64,000 bases of DNA, taken from positions 248,001-312,000 of the forward strand of contig ML978121.1 in NCBI GenBank assembly GCA_010015805.1, given 5' to 3'. Made by a program: the position numbers and the translations under genes. Within the stretch, counting starts at the first letter, position 1. Each line of letters opens with the position of its first letter. Origin of the DNA: Rhizodiscina lignyota. Lineage: Eukaryota. This document shows positions 24,153-35,231 of the stretch, one piece after another. Under the pieces are notes generated by a model. That model worked only from the letters and a program-made list of their open reading frames with translations, did not search any database and was not told the origin of the DNA.

Positions 24153-26549
24153 TCATCTTAGTCCTTGCTGTGGTTGCTCGCCCAGAACGATCTCGCGCCG
24201 GGCGTCCTGCTCGCGATGCCACGTCTGCATCTCCTTTCGACCATGCTGTTTGACCTCCCCAAACAATCCCTGGTGTCCTGCTTGAACGCACTTCTGGAGC
24301 TCGCCGAGGCGAGTGGGATTGCAGCGGCAGACCCAGCCGCCAAATTCCTTGCGCTGGCCAACGTTTTCAAATTTAATGCTCACTCTCTGCAGACCTTTGA
24401 ACGCATGGTCCGGCAGCTCCGCGCGTTTGGTGGTGCCCAGCAGTGTGATGTCCCAGTCTTCTGAGCCGTCGGCGTCGTAGCGCTGCGCAAGCAAGTCCTT
24501 CTTACCGCCGGCGCGTTCGATGGCAGAGATTGGGCAATCCTTCCCGGAAATGCGGCAGTTGCACCGCTCTGCGTTCATTCCGGTATCTTCGTCGATGTGG
24601 ATCGTGACAAAAGACAGCTTCTGGTCGGGTGTCTTCAGGAACAGAACGACCATTGGCCTCAATGGCCGACGATATGTTAGCCCGTGTTCCTGGTCTCCCA
24701 AATTAACCGCTACTCGAGTGGTCCGACTGCCATGGCTGGTGCTGCTACTAAGAGACATCGAATTGTGACGCGGCGACGAGTTTGACATGGGTGAGCTCGC
24801 AAGGCTTGTTGACCGCGGAGGATTTCGTGAACTCCTTGCCTGAAAAGTGGTTGCCATAGTCGGCGTTGAGGAATCGACACCGCGCCCGCCTTGTAGACTC
24901 ATGTTGCCAACTGCACCGCCGAACGGATCTGGAGAAGAGAACAGAGCATCAGCCGATGACAGCTTTGTGGATGTGGGTGTGAGGAAGTCGATGGAATCCG
25001 TGCGTGGAGATACGGAACTGGTTCGGCTATCGGGAACATTCATTGCGGTTGACGTCCTATGAGCACCAGTACTAGGCCTTCCCACGATCTCTTTGGCTAT
25101 CCACAGTTGAACATGAGCATCAGCAATGATTGGGGTTTTCTTGTTCGAGACCACCAGGCTGGCTTGACAGTTCGGACGATCATAGAGTACAAAGGGCCGA
25201 TATCCAGTGACAGTGTGTTGGAATTTCAAGAGATCCTTCCGATTCGCAAACGTAAGCTGTGTTGCGGAGGATTCGGTACGAATTATGAGGCTGTTGACGC
25301 CATGTCCAATGCCCGGCTTTGCATATAAGGGCATTACTTTTGTCGAGTCCAGCCTAAGGTCGAGAGGTCGTGAAGCGGTCCGAGATCGTCCTTCGGATGT
25401 TCTCTCGACAGCAGTTTCTACGATGCGGAGGCGACTATTGCCGGAGCGTAAAACTTGAAGAGTGCTGCTGGTCGTTGACGTACCGGCCAGTGGCACGACT
25501 AACAACTCATCCATCATACCCTGGTCCGTATGAGAAGGGGACAGGATGTCTGGGATTTCTTGTGCCGGCCAGATATCAAACCGCTCAGCCGATAATGTAT
25601 CCAAAGACGGCGCAGTAAGTTGATTTGGAGATTGTGGGGTGAATCGTAAGCATTCTTGGGTTAAGCTCAGTTCGAGCTGCTTGATGAAGGATGGCCAGTG
25701 CGATTGTGACTCCACATGGCGAAGTCGTGGGCTTTCCTGTAACTTGCGCAAGATCCATACACATTTCAGCAGGTTCAGATATTGTTCCGGCGGAGGTGAA
25801 CGCTCATGGAGGAAGATTCCTGGTTGAAAGTCTGAGGTGGCGTTCTTGAAATGCAGGATGAATGCCTCCGAGCCCTCGCTCAAAGGAAAGTCGTCAGAGT
25901 CTCTCAGCTCTGGGTGCCCAATTTCAGACGCCGCTTGGAACATGGATTCCTCTGTTGGAGGCACTGGAAGCGAGGGTGCTTCTTGAGAGTCAAGTTGCTC
26001 TTTCCCCTGTTGGGGATCTGGAACCACCATTCCCCGAATCATCCGAACCTCACGAAATACGGCGTCAATCCGATTCGCCAAGTCTTCATGGATACGGCAG
26101 AGAAGGTCAATCTCTAACGGCTTCAGGAGGAATGTGATCTTTTCGTTGTGCATCTGTATGCGCTGCTGTAACCGGTCGACCTTCGGCTGTAGTAGCATGT
26201 TCCATTCGATACTGTTTATACCAGAGCCACCATGGCGATACTGTTGGTTTTCTTCCAGCAATCTCCGACAGTCGAGGAGAGTCGCACGGTAGTCACCCAC
26301 AATCTCTTGAATGCTTGTGAAGTTCCATGCAGGCAGAGTTGTCGACATGCGCCGTACTTCGACATGTTTGACGGCATTGCTAATGACTCTTCCGATGTTG
26401 TCCAAGTTCTCAGCGAGTCCTCTGACTGACTGCCAGAATTCGGTATACTGTCGGCTTGCTTGAAGCTCCTCGCTCCAACCAAGATTGTAGAGGTCCCAAA
26501 CAGCTTTCCCGAGATGTATGACGTCGCCGATCTGTATTGGAGAACCCAT
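24153..26549 (-). CDS. Hypothetical fungal protein, 798 aa: N-terminal helical domain (HeLo/SesA-like), central globular region, Cys-rich C-terminus
   Basis: Long uninterrupted ORF. The N-terminus 'IQIGDVIHLGKAVWDLY...ASRQYTEF..SVRGLAENL' resembles fungal STAND N-terminal domains. C-terminal 'ERCNCR..C...CRC...C..GHQGLFGEVK'. Confidence 0.72.
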   Translation of the reverse strand: MGSPIQIGDVIHLGKAVWDLYNLGWSEELQASRQYTEFWQSVRGLAENLDNIGRVISNAVKHVEVRRMSTTLPAWNFTSIQEIVGDYRATLLDCRRLLEENQQYRHGGSGINSIEWNMLLQPKVDRLQQRIQMHNEKITFLLKPLEIDLLCRIHEDLANRIDAVFREVRMIRGMVVPDPQQGKEQLDSQEAPSLPVPPTEESMFQAASEIGHPELRDSDDFPLSEGSEAFILHFKNATSDFQPGIFLHERSPPPEQYLNLLKCVWILRKLQESPRLRHVESQSHWPSFIKQLELSLTQECLRFTPQSPNQLTAPSLDTLSAERFDIWPAQEIPDILSPSHTDQGMMDELLVVPLAGTSTTSSTLQVLRSGNSRLRIVETAVERTSEGRSRTASRPLDLRLDSTKVMPLYAKPGIGHGVNSLIIRTESSATQLTFANRKDLLKFQHTVTGYRPFVLYDRPNCQASLVVSNKKTPIIADAHVQLWIAKEIVGRPSTGAHRTSTAMNVPDSRTSSVSPRTDSIDFLTPTSTKLSSADALFSSPDPFGGAVGNMSLQGGRGVDSSTPTMATTFQARSSRNPPRSTSLASSPMSNSSPRHNSMSLSSSTSHGSRTTRVAVNLGDQEHGLTYRRPLRPMVVLFLKTPDQKLSFVTIHIDEDTGMNAERCNCRISGKDCPISAIERAGGKKDLLAQRYDADGSEDWDITLLGTTKRAELPDHAFKGLQRVSIKFENVGQRKEFGGWVCRCNPTRLGELQKCVQAGHQGLFGEVKQHGRKEMQTWHREQDARREIVLGEQPQQGLR

Positions 26550-27527
26550 GATGTAGTCTGAATAAAAGAAAGAGGGCTACATGGTTCAAGTGAACGGAGA
26601 TCTAGTGAAAGCTTCGTGCGGGAAATTTTATTGAAAAAGGCATAACAACATCCACCAATCTTCCTTCCTCACCGAGGACGGAACATCAGGCAGTCAAACG
26701 AGGCTAAAATTCAATAAAACCTGCGCCTGGAACCTACTCACCCTCGCTTATCAGGCACTCGCGCACTCTACGTGTGCACGCGAGCAACTTGGCCAGCCTC
26801 ATGAACACGACCTCCCCTCATGCGGGAACGCGACTTCGGAATGAGGCAGTGCCCGGAGGAACCACACATGTGCTATCGCCAAGGAAGCCTCGAGTAAATG
26901 GTCATGCGCGAAGCTGCTGCTGCTGTTCGTTAGTTTCGATGGTGTCTCGGATTCCCACACCGAGGCGTTTTTGATTCGTCGCCTTGTTGCCGGCCGGTAT
27001 TTAATTTTGAATACAATATCGTATCATGCAGCCACTACAATCTTAGTACATGCCCCTACCTTCCTTACGAAACCAATTCTACATGAGGAACGACCCTCTT
27101 CGCGAGCACCAAAGCCGTGACCCTACTCTTTGATGCGGCGCTATGTCTCGAAATTATATAGCATCTGATCTATCCTACTTATGGTGGAACCCGCAACTCA
27201 GCTCGGTGAATCAATATTTCTCGCCAACCCCGGTCAGGCTGTGTACCGTAGCTTGCATCTTTGCAAGCCGGAGGCTCTCAGTTGCCTGCCAAGAGATGCC
27301 ATGGGCGTCCGCGCCCTATGTCTTAATGTGATGGCGGAGGCCTCTGACCGGGCGTTCTTGCCTTGCTTTATCGCTAGACCAGGAGGAAAATCTGCCTCGA
27401 ACGAGGCTGATTGCAATGGCAGGCCTCATCCCTCAATTGCTTCTTTGCTAACTCCAATATAAGGCTGCGGGAGCTCAGAAAGCAGTCTTCATCTCGCTCG
27501 TTTCTGGTTCGAGTCAGTGAAGGCAGA

Positions 27528-29581
27528 ATGACCGACTTCGATACACACGTTGACCTGGACGGGAGGCGGCCATCCGAAGGAGAGAGTGACCGAGAGAGCA
27601 TTTGGAACAATATAGACCAAGATGCCATTATCACCTACGCACCTGAGCAGCGCTTCAAGCTGGGAATCTGGTCCGTTATGGGTTTGGTCATCAATCGCAT
27701 GATCGGTACAGGAATCTTCCAGACGCCAGGTCGGGCCATGCAGGGCACGCTAAGTACAGGTGTAACTTTAATGTTCTGGTTTACTGGAGTGCTGTACGCT
27801 CTTTCTGGCATGCATGTCTACATCGAGTACGGTCTTAACGTTCCTCGTCGGGTCTACGAGGGCATAGAGCAGGGAGTTCCCAGAAGCGGTGGAGACTTGA
27901 ACTATGTGGGTTGAATCGTTCATCTTGACGGTTTGCAAACCGCGTGCTGATAACCGACAGCTTCAATATGTCTACACGAAACCTGCATATCGAGCAAAGA
28001 CTGTTCTTCTCTCTGCTACTGTATTTGGCATTGCATTCATCGTCTTTGGGAACATGGCCGGCAATGCTGTAACATTCGCCATACGAATACTCGAGGCGGC
28101 CGATGCTGAAGTCACGAATGGCGCCGTGAGAGGCATTGCCTTCTCAGTATCAATTATTGCATGTTTCATTCATGCTTTCTCCCGAAGAGGTGGCATTTGG
28201 CTGAACAACATCCTCGCCGTTGTGAAACTCTGCATCCTACTTCTCATCATTATTGCCACAATAATTTACGGCGCTGGTGGCTTCCCGAACACACCTGGAG
28301 TAGATCGGCAGGAGACTACAACTGAGAACCTCGTTGCGTCCCATTCGTTCAAGGGGGCATCGACGGAGGCAAATGGATACGCGCAAGCTTTCCTTGCAAT
28401 CAGTAAGTCCCAGAATCAACGGCTTTTCACGATTAACGAAATCTGACTTTAATCGCGTAGTCTTTGCTTTCAGCGGCTTTGAACAGCCAAATTATGTCCT
28501 TGGAGAAATCCAAAGGCCGCACCGCAAATACCCTATTGCCATGATTACGTCGGTCTCCATTGTTGGGTTCCTCTACATGGCCGTCAACATTTGCTATATG
28601 ATTGTCGTACCGCGCGAATTGCAAATCGAAGGGACATCCGTAGCGCAATCATTCTTTAGGCTTACCTTCGGGTCTCTCACCGACGACAACACTGGAAGTC
28701 GCATCTTTAGTGCCTTTCTAGCCATTTCCTCGCTTGGTAACATCATCGTGATGACCTACACTGCCGCTCGGGTCAAGCAAGAGATCGCGAAGGAAGGCAT
28801 CCTTCCGTGGGCCAAAGTGCTTGCTTCTAATTACGATGTCTCTGTCGGTCGACTCTTGAATTGGGCTCAACGGACGCCAACGATAAACAAACCTTTCCAC
28901 TGGTTGCTACGTTCCCGATGGCTTCGACCCGAGGACCACAGCGAGCGCACTCCTGTCGGTGCACTGGCTCTCCACATCCTGGTCTGCTTCGTTCTGCTTT
29001 TCGCGACTTGGAATAGCTCCCCGGCAGATGCATATACTCTTCTCACTAGCTTAAGCGCCTATACTGTCAATTCGGTCTTTGGAGCCCTTCTCGGTCTGGG
29101 GATCCTCATCCTCAGGTTCACACGCTCCAGAGGCTGGCGGAAGAAGGCGCCGGGCATTAACCCGTTTTTGAGTATTGTTGCCGCCTTCATCTACACCATT
29201 GGTAATCTCTTCCCGGTGGTAACGAGCTGGGTGAAGCCCTCTAAGGCTTTCGTTGAACGAGCACATCTGAGTCTCACATGGTATCTTGTACCTTCGATCT
29301 CGTGGGCGGTTCTGGGCTTCGGCGCCATCTGGTGGCTTGGATTCGTTGCATATGCGAAGCACAAAGAGCGGAAGTCGAACACTGTATTCACCGTCCAGAA
29401 GGTTCCAGAGTTTGATCGTGATCCACCGAACTCGGGACCTCCAGTTCAAGTTCATGAGACGGTGTACCTGAGCTGGGTCGGAAAGGAGACTGTCGGAGAC
29501 TTCGGCAACATCACTGGTACAGATTTTGATACTGTTCATGCGCGAACGAAGGAACGAAGGACTGGTTTTGATTTTGAATAA
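27528..29581 (+). CDS. APC/LAT-family amino-acid permease, high-affinity methionine permease (Mup1)-like; exons 27528-27905, 27961-28402, 28461-29581
   Basis: 'LVINRMIGTGIFQTP', 'VYIEYGLNVP...VPRSGGDLNYLQYVY', 'FAFSGFEQPNYVLGEI', 'SSLGNIIVMTYTAARVKQEIAKEGILPW', plus many hydrophobic segments. Two canonical introns join the three ORFs in frame. Confidence 0.88.
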
Positions 29582-30304
29582 ATGTACCATAGATCCATTC
29601 ACATCTCCAAGGATCCTAATGAAAAACTTCCTTATACTCTGCACCCTGCACTTTCTCAATAAAAGCTTCAGATGTAAGTGTTTCACAGAAGCCATCGATG
29701 GGAGCTCATAAAAATGCGGAGAAGTTCGTGAAAGCTGGGCAGTGGAGAGCTGAAGATCATGGCTTCTGTGGAGACAAAGGGGTGAAGCGAGCGCACATCG
29801 GTAGAGAGCAGGCGGAGCCACCTTCGCCAAGAGCTGAGGAAGACATAATCATGGAGACCTTTGTATACAAACTATCGCACAGCAAGATCTGAGGCAACAA
29901 AGACTGGAGACCGAAGCTAGATGGATGATTTTAGACTCCTGCAGGTGATGACATCTTCGGTATTGGTTTGATGACGCAACTGAGGTTTTGTCGAGTAGTA
30001 TCGCTGCTTCTTTTGTACTATCAGATGTTCGGAAGATCAAATGTGTAGCAATGAGGGGGGAAGTACTGGGAACTGGGGGAAAAGTTTGATGAGAGCTGCT
30101 GTCGATTCTGGTCAAGATTGGATGCCTATTCCGAAGATCTGCCGATGCCAAGCACGTGAGATGCTACATCTAAAATGCACTAGAGAGTATTAACATCACT
30201 TTGTCAACGTTTGGGCTATCCTTTGCGTGCCACAACCTTTCAAATCTTAACACGATTATCGAATTGCTGCACTGATAAACAACTCACATGAGCTGTCTTG
30301 CACG

Positions 30305-31399
30305 ATGGACTTCGCCTCCCTAATGTCCGCCGAGCTCTCGAAGAGCAAATCGAGCAAATCTTCCGATTCAGCCAAAAAATACCTCAAGCGTTCCGACATC
30401 GAGGCGCAGCGTGAAGCGACCTACCGCGCAGAACAGGAGGCCCTCGAAGCGCAGCGGCAGGAGAGGTTAGAGAGGAAACGCAAACTTGAAGAGGAAGAGG
30501 CAGAACACAAGCATGAAAGAGAAGAGAAGAGGCGCCGGCTAGCGGAGGAGTCGAGGCGCCGGAGAGAAGAGGAAGAGGAGCAACAGGAGAGGGATAGAAG
30601 GAGGAGGTTGGGACTACCAGATCTCCCACCAAAGAGTGCAAGTGCGGCGGGGAGTAAAGAGGGCACGCCCTTGCCTGAAGGCGAGGAAGACATCGCTGAG
30701 GAAGAGTTGGTGGTCAAGCTAAGAGAGCTGGGAGAACCTGTCAAACTATTCGGTGAAAGCCATCGACAAACCCTGCGGCGATACAAGCGGTTAACAGGAC
30801 GTGATGGCACTCCGGCACCAACGCTCACTGACGGACCGATTCCAACAACGTTGGCGCTTGTGCCAGAAGCGGAGATGAAGGTTGCCTCAAAGGTACCGAA
30901 AGACAAGGAAGGCCGCAAGTTTCTCTTCAGGCAGCTGGTATCATACTTCGACATGGTACTGCGGGAGTGGGTAATTGCGCTGGCAGAGCGTTCAGCAGAT
31001 GTCAAGACGAGTTTTCAAGGGAAGCAGGCGTACAATGCGATGGTGCAGGCACGTGAGAACATGCGGCCATTGTTCAAGAAGCTTGAGAGCGGCGATATCG
31101 AAGATGGGATTCTAGAGCCAGTGGTCGAGATCGTCATCGCGGCGCAAGAACGACGCTATGTTGATGCAAATGATGGGTATCTGAGGCTCAGCATCGGCAA
31201 AGCAGCTTGGCCTATCGGTGTCACCATGGTTGGTATCCACGAGCGTTCGGCACGGGAGAAGCTGCATGAGAGCGACAAGAATGCAGCGCACATCATGAGC
31301 GACGAGACAACGAGGAAATACCTGCAGAGTATCAAGAGATGTCTGAGCTTCGCCCAGACAAGATGGCCGCCGGACGATCAATTGCAGTTGATGGGCTAA
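30305..31399 (+). CDS. PRP18: Pre-mRNA splicing factor Prp18 (second catalytic step)
   Basis: PRP4-like motif 'KLRELGEPVKLFGE' and the Prp18 signature 'YVDANDGYLRLSIGKAAWPIGVTMVGIHERSAREKL...AHIMSDETTRKYLQSIKRC'. Confidence 0.96.
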   Translation: MDFASLMSAELSKSKSSKSSDSAKKYLKRSDIEAQREATYRAEQEALEAQRQERLERKRKLEEEEAEHKHEREEKRRRLAEESRRRREEEEEQQERDRRRRLGLPDLPPKSASAAGSKEGTPLPEGEEDIAEEELVVKLRELGEPVKLFGESHRQTLRRYKRLTGRDGTPAPTLTDGPIPTTLALVPEAEMKVASKVPKDKEGRKFLFRQLVSYFDMVLREWVIALAERSADVKTSFQGKQAYNAMVQARENMRPLFKKLESGDIEDGILEPVVEIVIAAQERRYVDANDGYLRLSIGKAAWPIGVTMVGIHERSAREKLHESDKNAAHIMSDETTRKYLQSIKRCLSFAQTRWPPDDQLQLMG

Positions 31400-31420
31400 T
31401 TGTTCTCAGTCGAGTCCCGT

Positions 31421-31870
31421 GGACTTGAAGTCGAATTCGTCCAAAAGAAATGAGGTCGACTCTTCAACACTTGTGAGGGCGTTTCTGAATGCTTGATTTG
31501 ATAATCTTTAGACAGTATTTGTTAGAGACGCACAGCTTTAGGTAACAGAACAGTAGGGTGCCTTGAAGTTGAACGAGTCTACCTGCAACAAAGTTTGCTA
31601 TTCCACACTTGTGAGAGGATCTCTGGGTGCTTGGTTTGAGATATTTCAGAGAGTAGTTTGCGGAAGTGCATAGCCTGAACGTCTAGAAGTTGTATTATAC
31701 GAAGAGGTAAATAAACAGTTAAGTCCTTTAAGGCCGAACGCATCCGTCAGGTACAAGACTTACTCTTCAACAACTGTGAGAGTATCTCTGAATGCTTGAT
31801 TTGATATGTAGAAGAGAGTATTACTTAGAAGTGCACGGAATCAGCGAGCACAGGTAATTATTGAAGAGTA
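31421..31870. repeat. Degenerate tandem triplication of a 140-165 bp unit
   Basis: The core 'actcttcaacacttgtgag..tctgaatgcttgatttgata' at 31459 recurs as 'attccacacttgtgagaggatctctgggtgcttggtttgaga' (31600) and 'actcttcaacaactgtgagagtatctctgaatgcttgatttgata' (31762). Confidence 0.75.
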
Positions 31871-32039
31871 TATGTGTAATCTGAGCTACCAAGCCAAACT
31901 CCGAATCCTGCTATGCTTCTGAAATTCAATTGAAACCGCTATCCATTATAGGGAGGGAACCAACGCGCCTAGTCATTCTAAAAGCGACAAAGTTAACAAT
32001 ATTTTGCATTTCATGTTGCAAGTGAGTAGCTTGCCTCAC

Positions 32040-32645
32040 TTAGCCCTCGATGCTCTCGATCAGGCATTTCATGCAGCCGTTCTGCTTGCACTCTGCGCAC
32101 TCGTCTTCCTCGAAAGCCTCCAGCTCATACTTGTTACGGAAGCTGCATTTACAGCATTCCCAGGTGCGCCACCTCTTTGATATGATGTAGAGGTACTTCT
32201 GGTAGCGATCAACGGGTCCTAGGGACACGGACGCGAGGCCGTTGCCCTGATTCGGGTAATGAGCGTATGCGGCCTGTTCTTCGGGAGGGAAGATGTCGCG
32301 CTGGTAGATCTCGACGAGGCCTTTTCCGTTGATGGGGAGTCGGGATACGCGAAAGCCAGAATTCTTCTTCGCCTCGAAGAACAGCTGGTGCTGGCTCCAA
32401 GTCTTATCAATACTTTGACCATGCTCATCCCTGTTCCACACAAGCACTTTGTCATGGGATAAAGAATTTAGTTCGCATGCGTTCGGGAAACCGACAGTCG
32501 GATAGACAGGAGACGCGGGGGGCATTTGGCGTGCTTGTCCGACGGGCATCTGTTTGATGGGCGCCTGTTCAATACTAAGCTGGGACAGGCGAGGACTAAG
32601 ATGTGCATGAATTAGTCGAATGCCTGGACAAGGAGGCGTGCTCAT
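32040..32645 (-). CDS. Hypothetical protein with a C-terminal Cys-rich zinc-ribbon-like motif; start uncertain (ORF is open to 32783)
   Basis: C-terminal 'WECCKC-x15-CAEC-x4-CMKC'. The 3' half has C/G-rich third codon positions. Confidence 0.6.
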   Translation of the reverse strand: MSTPPCPGIRLIHAHLSPRLSQLSIEQAPIKQMPVGQARQMPPASPVYPTVGFPNACELNSLSHDKVLVWNRDEHGQSIDKTWSQHQLFFEAKKNSGFRVSRLPINGKGLVEIYQRDIFPPEEQAAYAHYPNQGNGLASVSLGPVDRYQKYLYIISKRWRTWECCKCSFRNKYELEAFEEDECAECKQNGCMKCLIESIEG

Positions 32646-33025
32646 TTTGACTAACCTGTGAATCTCCCTTTCCGATTGATATGTGTCGGTAGCTCGAGAA
32701 GCTGTCGATTCGGAAGAAGTTGAGAGTTTGTGCGGAACGAAGTGGTTTTTAGTCGACAGAATGGAGTGTCGCGTGGAAACCAAATGTTATGCAATTGGTG
32801 AGGTAAAGAAGCACCGTGTCTGGTGTGACTGGTGTTAATGACATTGTTGTGAAGACAAAGGCAGGTGTCGGCGCTTGGAGGAAGAGAATCGTTCGAGGAC
32901 TTTCGAGAACCTCACTCAATAAAAGAGAGATTTGCAGTAACCCAAAAGTTGCAGCGATATTGTACAATACGTGGCCGTATCCGGCAGTTCGCAAAAATGT
33001 TGCGCTCCATGATGTCCCTTGCTCT

Positions 33026-33545
33026 TCATTGTTCGTGCCCATACTCGAAAGCATCCAAAAGTCCAATGAAATGGCTCAAAGCTCTAAGCACAACCAGGAC
33101 ATGCATGATCTGATGACTGGATTTCAAGACGCCGAATTGACATGGAAGCCATCGTTTAGACACTTGAGCTGCGTACTCTGCAGCTCTAGTGAAATTCAAC
33201 AGGACAAGGTAGAGAAAATACTCGAGCGACATTCTACGATCTTACACAGTGAAACCTCGTTGTACGACGCCATGGATGGCGCAGGCAAATGCTACGAGAT
33301 CGAGGATAGAATACATGGAGAATCATATGTTTTCCTCTTAGTGTCCTGAAGACAAGTTGAGGTGCGATAGAAGCAGAGGCAGCCGCTGCTACTGTGGCCT
33401 GCATGTTGTCAACTCTCACACTTGACAGTCTTGAACGCCGCTTACCAGAGTCGTCCCCAAGTTAGAGGTACAACTTCGATCATATTCGACGCCATGATAA
33501 AGATTGGAAGCCAAGATGGTTCTCCACATAGAAAACATATTCTGC
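33026..33545 (-). pseudogene. Degenerate PAQR/IZH (HlyIII, adiponectin-receptor-like) membrane protein pseudogene fragment
   Basis: 'YAAQVSKRWLPCQFGVLKSSHQIMHVLVVL..LSHFIGLLDAFEY' matches the PAQR C-terminus (YAxRVPERWxPGxFD..SSHQIFH). Upstream 'AFACAIHGVVQRGFTV*DRRMSLEY' has an in-frame TAA at 33244-33242, and 'FRTL' lies in another frame. A relict GTAAGC..TTGAC..CAG intron is present. Confidence 0.72.
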
Positions 33546-33971
33546 TCGTGGAGTTATCCGAGCGGGCCGGTCTGTGCTACATAGCACGAATTGAGAGGCA
33601 TTAGTCTGGTTAGCGTAATAGAGGATGTGATTCTTGCAATCACACAAATGAGTTGTTCTTTCAATGTTCTTGCTGAGACGAAACTCGTAGTGCTGTCGGG
33701 CTCCCAGGAGCCATTTTGCCATTATCGCCTCGAATGATTACATAGGCAACTCTTGAGGTCATAGTATCGTTCAAGCCAAGGAGCCATTTTGTCATACTCG
33801 TTTCGAACGATCACGCAGAGAACACCTTTGTTTGTCAACCAATGTATCACAGGTTCGGAGATGGATAGAATGAACATTTGGGACGGACCGCCGGAGTTCA
33901 TAAATGAACCTGGTATCTTGCAAACAACTCACATGACGCCTGAACACCAAAAATGCATAAACATCTTGATA

Positions 33972-35231
33972 TCATTCTTCCATTGCATCGTCATCCCGCC
34001 CATCTCCGCCACCATCCCCTTCACCTCGTCGTCCACTATTCAGCGCCCCAACAATCCGCTCCAACGCCTCCACCTCTTCCCTCCCCACCCTCCTCCCACC
34101 CGTCCCCTCCTCTCCCATCCCATCCTGTCTCGCGCTCATCTCATTCAAATCGACGCCACTCTGCCCCACAATGCGCAGCGTCTGCGCCTCCACATACTCG
34201 GCGCGCTCCTTCGCAAACCTGCTCTGGCTCGCGCCCGCGCCGGCGCTCGCGATCTTCGGCCGCAGCTCCGCGAGCAGCGCGCGCAGCGACGGGAGCTGCG
34301 AGAGCGTGAAGGACGTGTTCGTGGCTAGGGGCGCGGACGTGTGTTGCTGCGATGTGCTCGACGAGGACTTTGGCGAGGGGTTGATGGGCAGCATGCCGAG
34401 GGTGCGAGCGGCGAGTGTGGATGTGAGGAAGGATAGTACGGAATCGGGCGGCGCTGTGACGGTCGAGCTCGAGTGGATCATGCTTGCGGGTGATGATTGT
34501 GGTTCTGTTTTGGTGGTTTGAGGGGTGATGAGTGATCGTAATTGTGAGAGGAGAGCGTCGTTGCGAGCCTTCTCGGCGGCAAGCGCAGAGTGTAGTTTTC
34601 GCGTCTCCTGGAGCTTGCGACGGAGCAATCGGAGAGACTCTGGAGTGATGTTGGGGTCTGAAGATGCGGGGGACGGTAGATTGAGGTCCTACTCATGATA
34701 TGTGAGAATGCGCTCGTACATGGTGTTTGTAAAGCGATATGATTGCTGCGCCGGATTGAACGGATGATAAGGGACGCAAATCATACTTGATAGTGCCCAA
34801 GCCGCACCCACGGCACCAGATCCGGCTCGACGGCGAAGATGTTCCTAAGCGCAAAAATCTCGAACTTGTCGAAGTTGCGATCCACGTTTGTCGCAAGCAG
34901 AGTCTCTAGCTTGTGGACGCCCTCCTCTATCTCGGGGCGCATTTCAGGATAGAAATCCTGTCCATACTCGTCCGCCTCCCGGCCTGCATGTTCAGCGGCT
35001 GCTCGTTCTGCAAATCCAAGAGTCTCTGGGTCGGCGGTCAGGAGGCCTGTTTCGACAGCGTCAACGGCGCGGTTTACGAGGAGGTTTACGGTATTGATTA
35101 TGTCGTCCAGGATTGTCTAGATATACTGTTAGCTGTGGCGTTGAAGATGTAAGGGCGAAACTGCGTACGAGAGGCGTATAACGTAGATGTTCGGTTAGTA
35201 AAGATGTCTCTACTTGCTTCGCATTCGCCAT
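33972..35231 (-). CDS. MIS12: Kinetochore MIND/Mis12 complex subunit Mis12/Mtw1; exons 35231-35169, 35116-34787, 34688-33972
   Basis: Spliced N-terminus 'TSLLTEHLRYTPL|TILDDIINTVN', 'DKFEIFALRNIF...WVRLGHYQ' and 'PLATNTSFTLSQLPSLRALLAELRP'. Canonical introns at 35168-35117 and 34786-34689. Confidence 0.9.

Noticed and set aside
29698..29892. Short ORF ending in SKI downstream of the permease
   Set aside because: I found no splice or readthrough link to the permease frame, and a PTS1 on a polytopic membrane transporter is implausible. Likely chance.
31421..31870. Spaced repeats as a CRISPR-like array
   Set aside because: Eukaryotic context, similarity extends across the whole unit instead of repeat plus unique spacer, and there are no cas genes.
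33242..33244. Premature stop in the PAQR relic as a possible A-to-I editing or readthrough site
   Set aside because: The codon is TAA rather than TAG, and the locus also has a frameshift and eroded motifs, so simple decay explains it.
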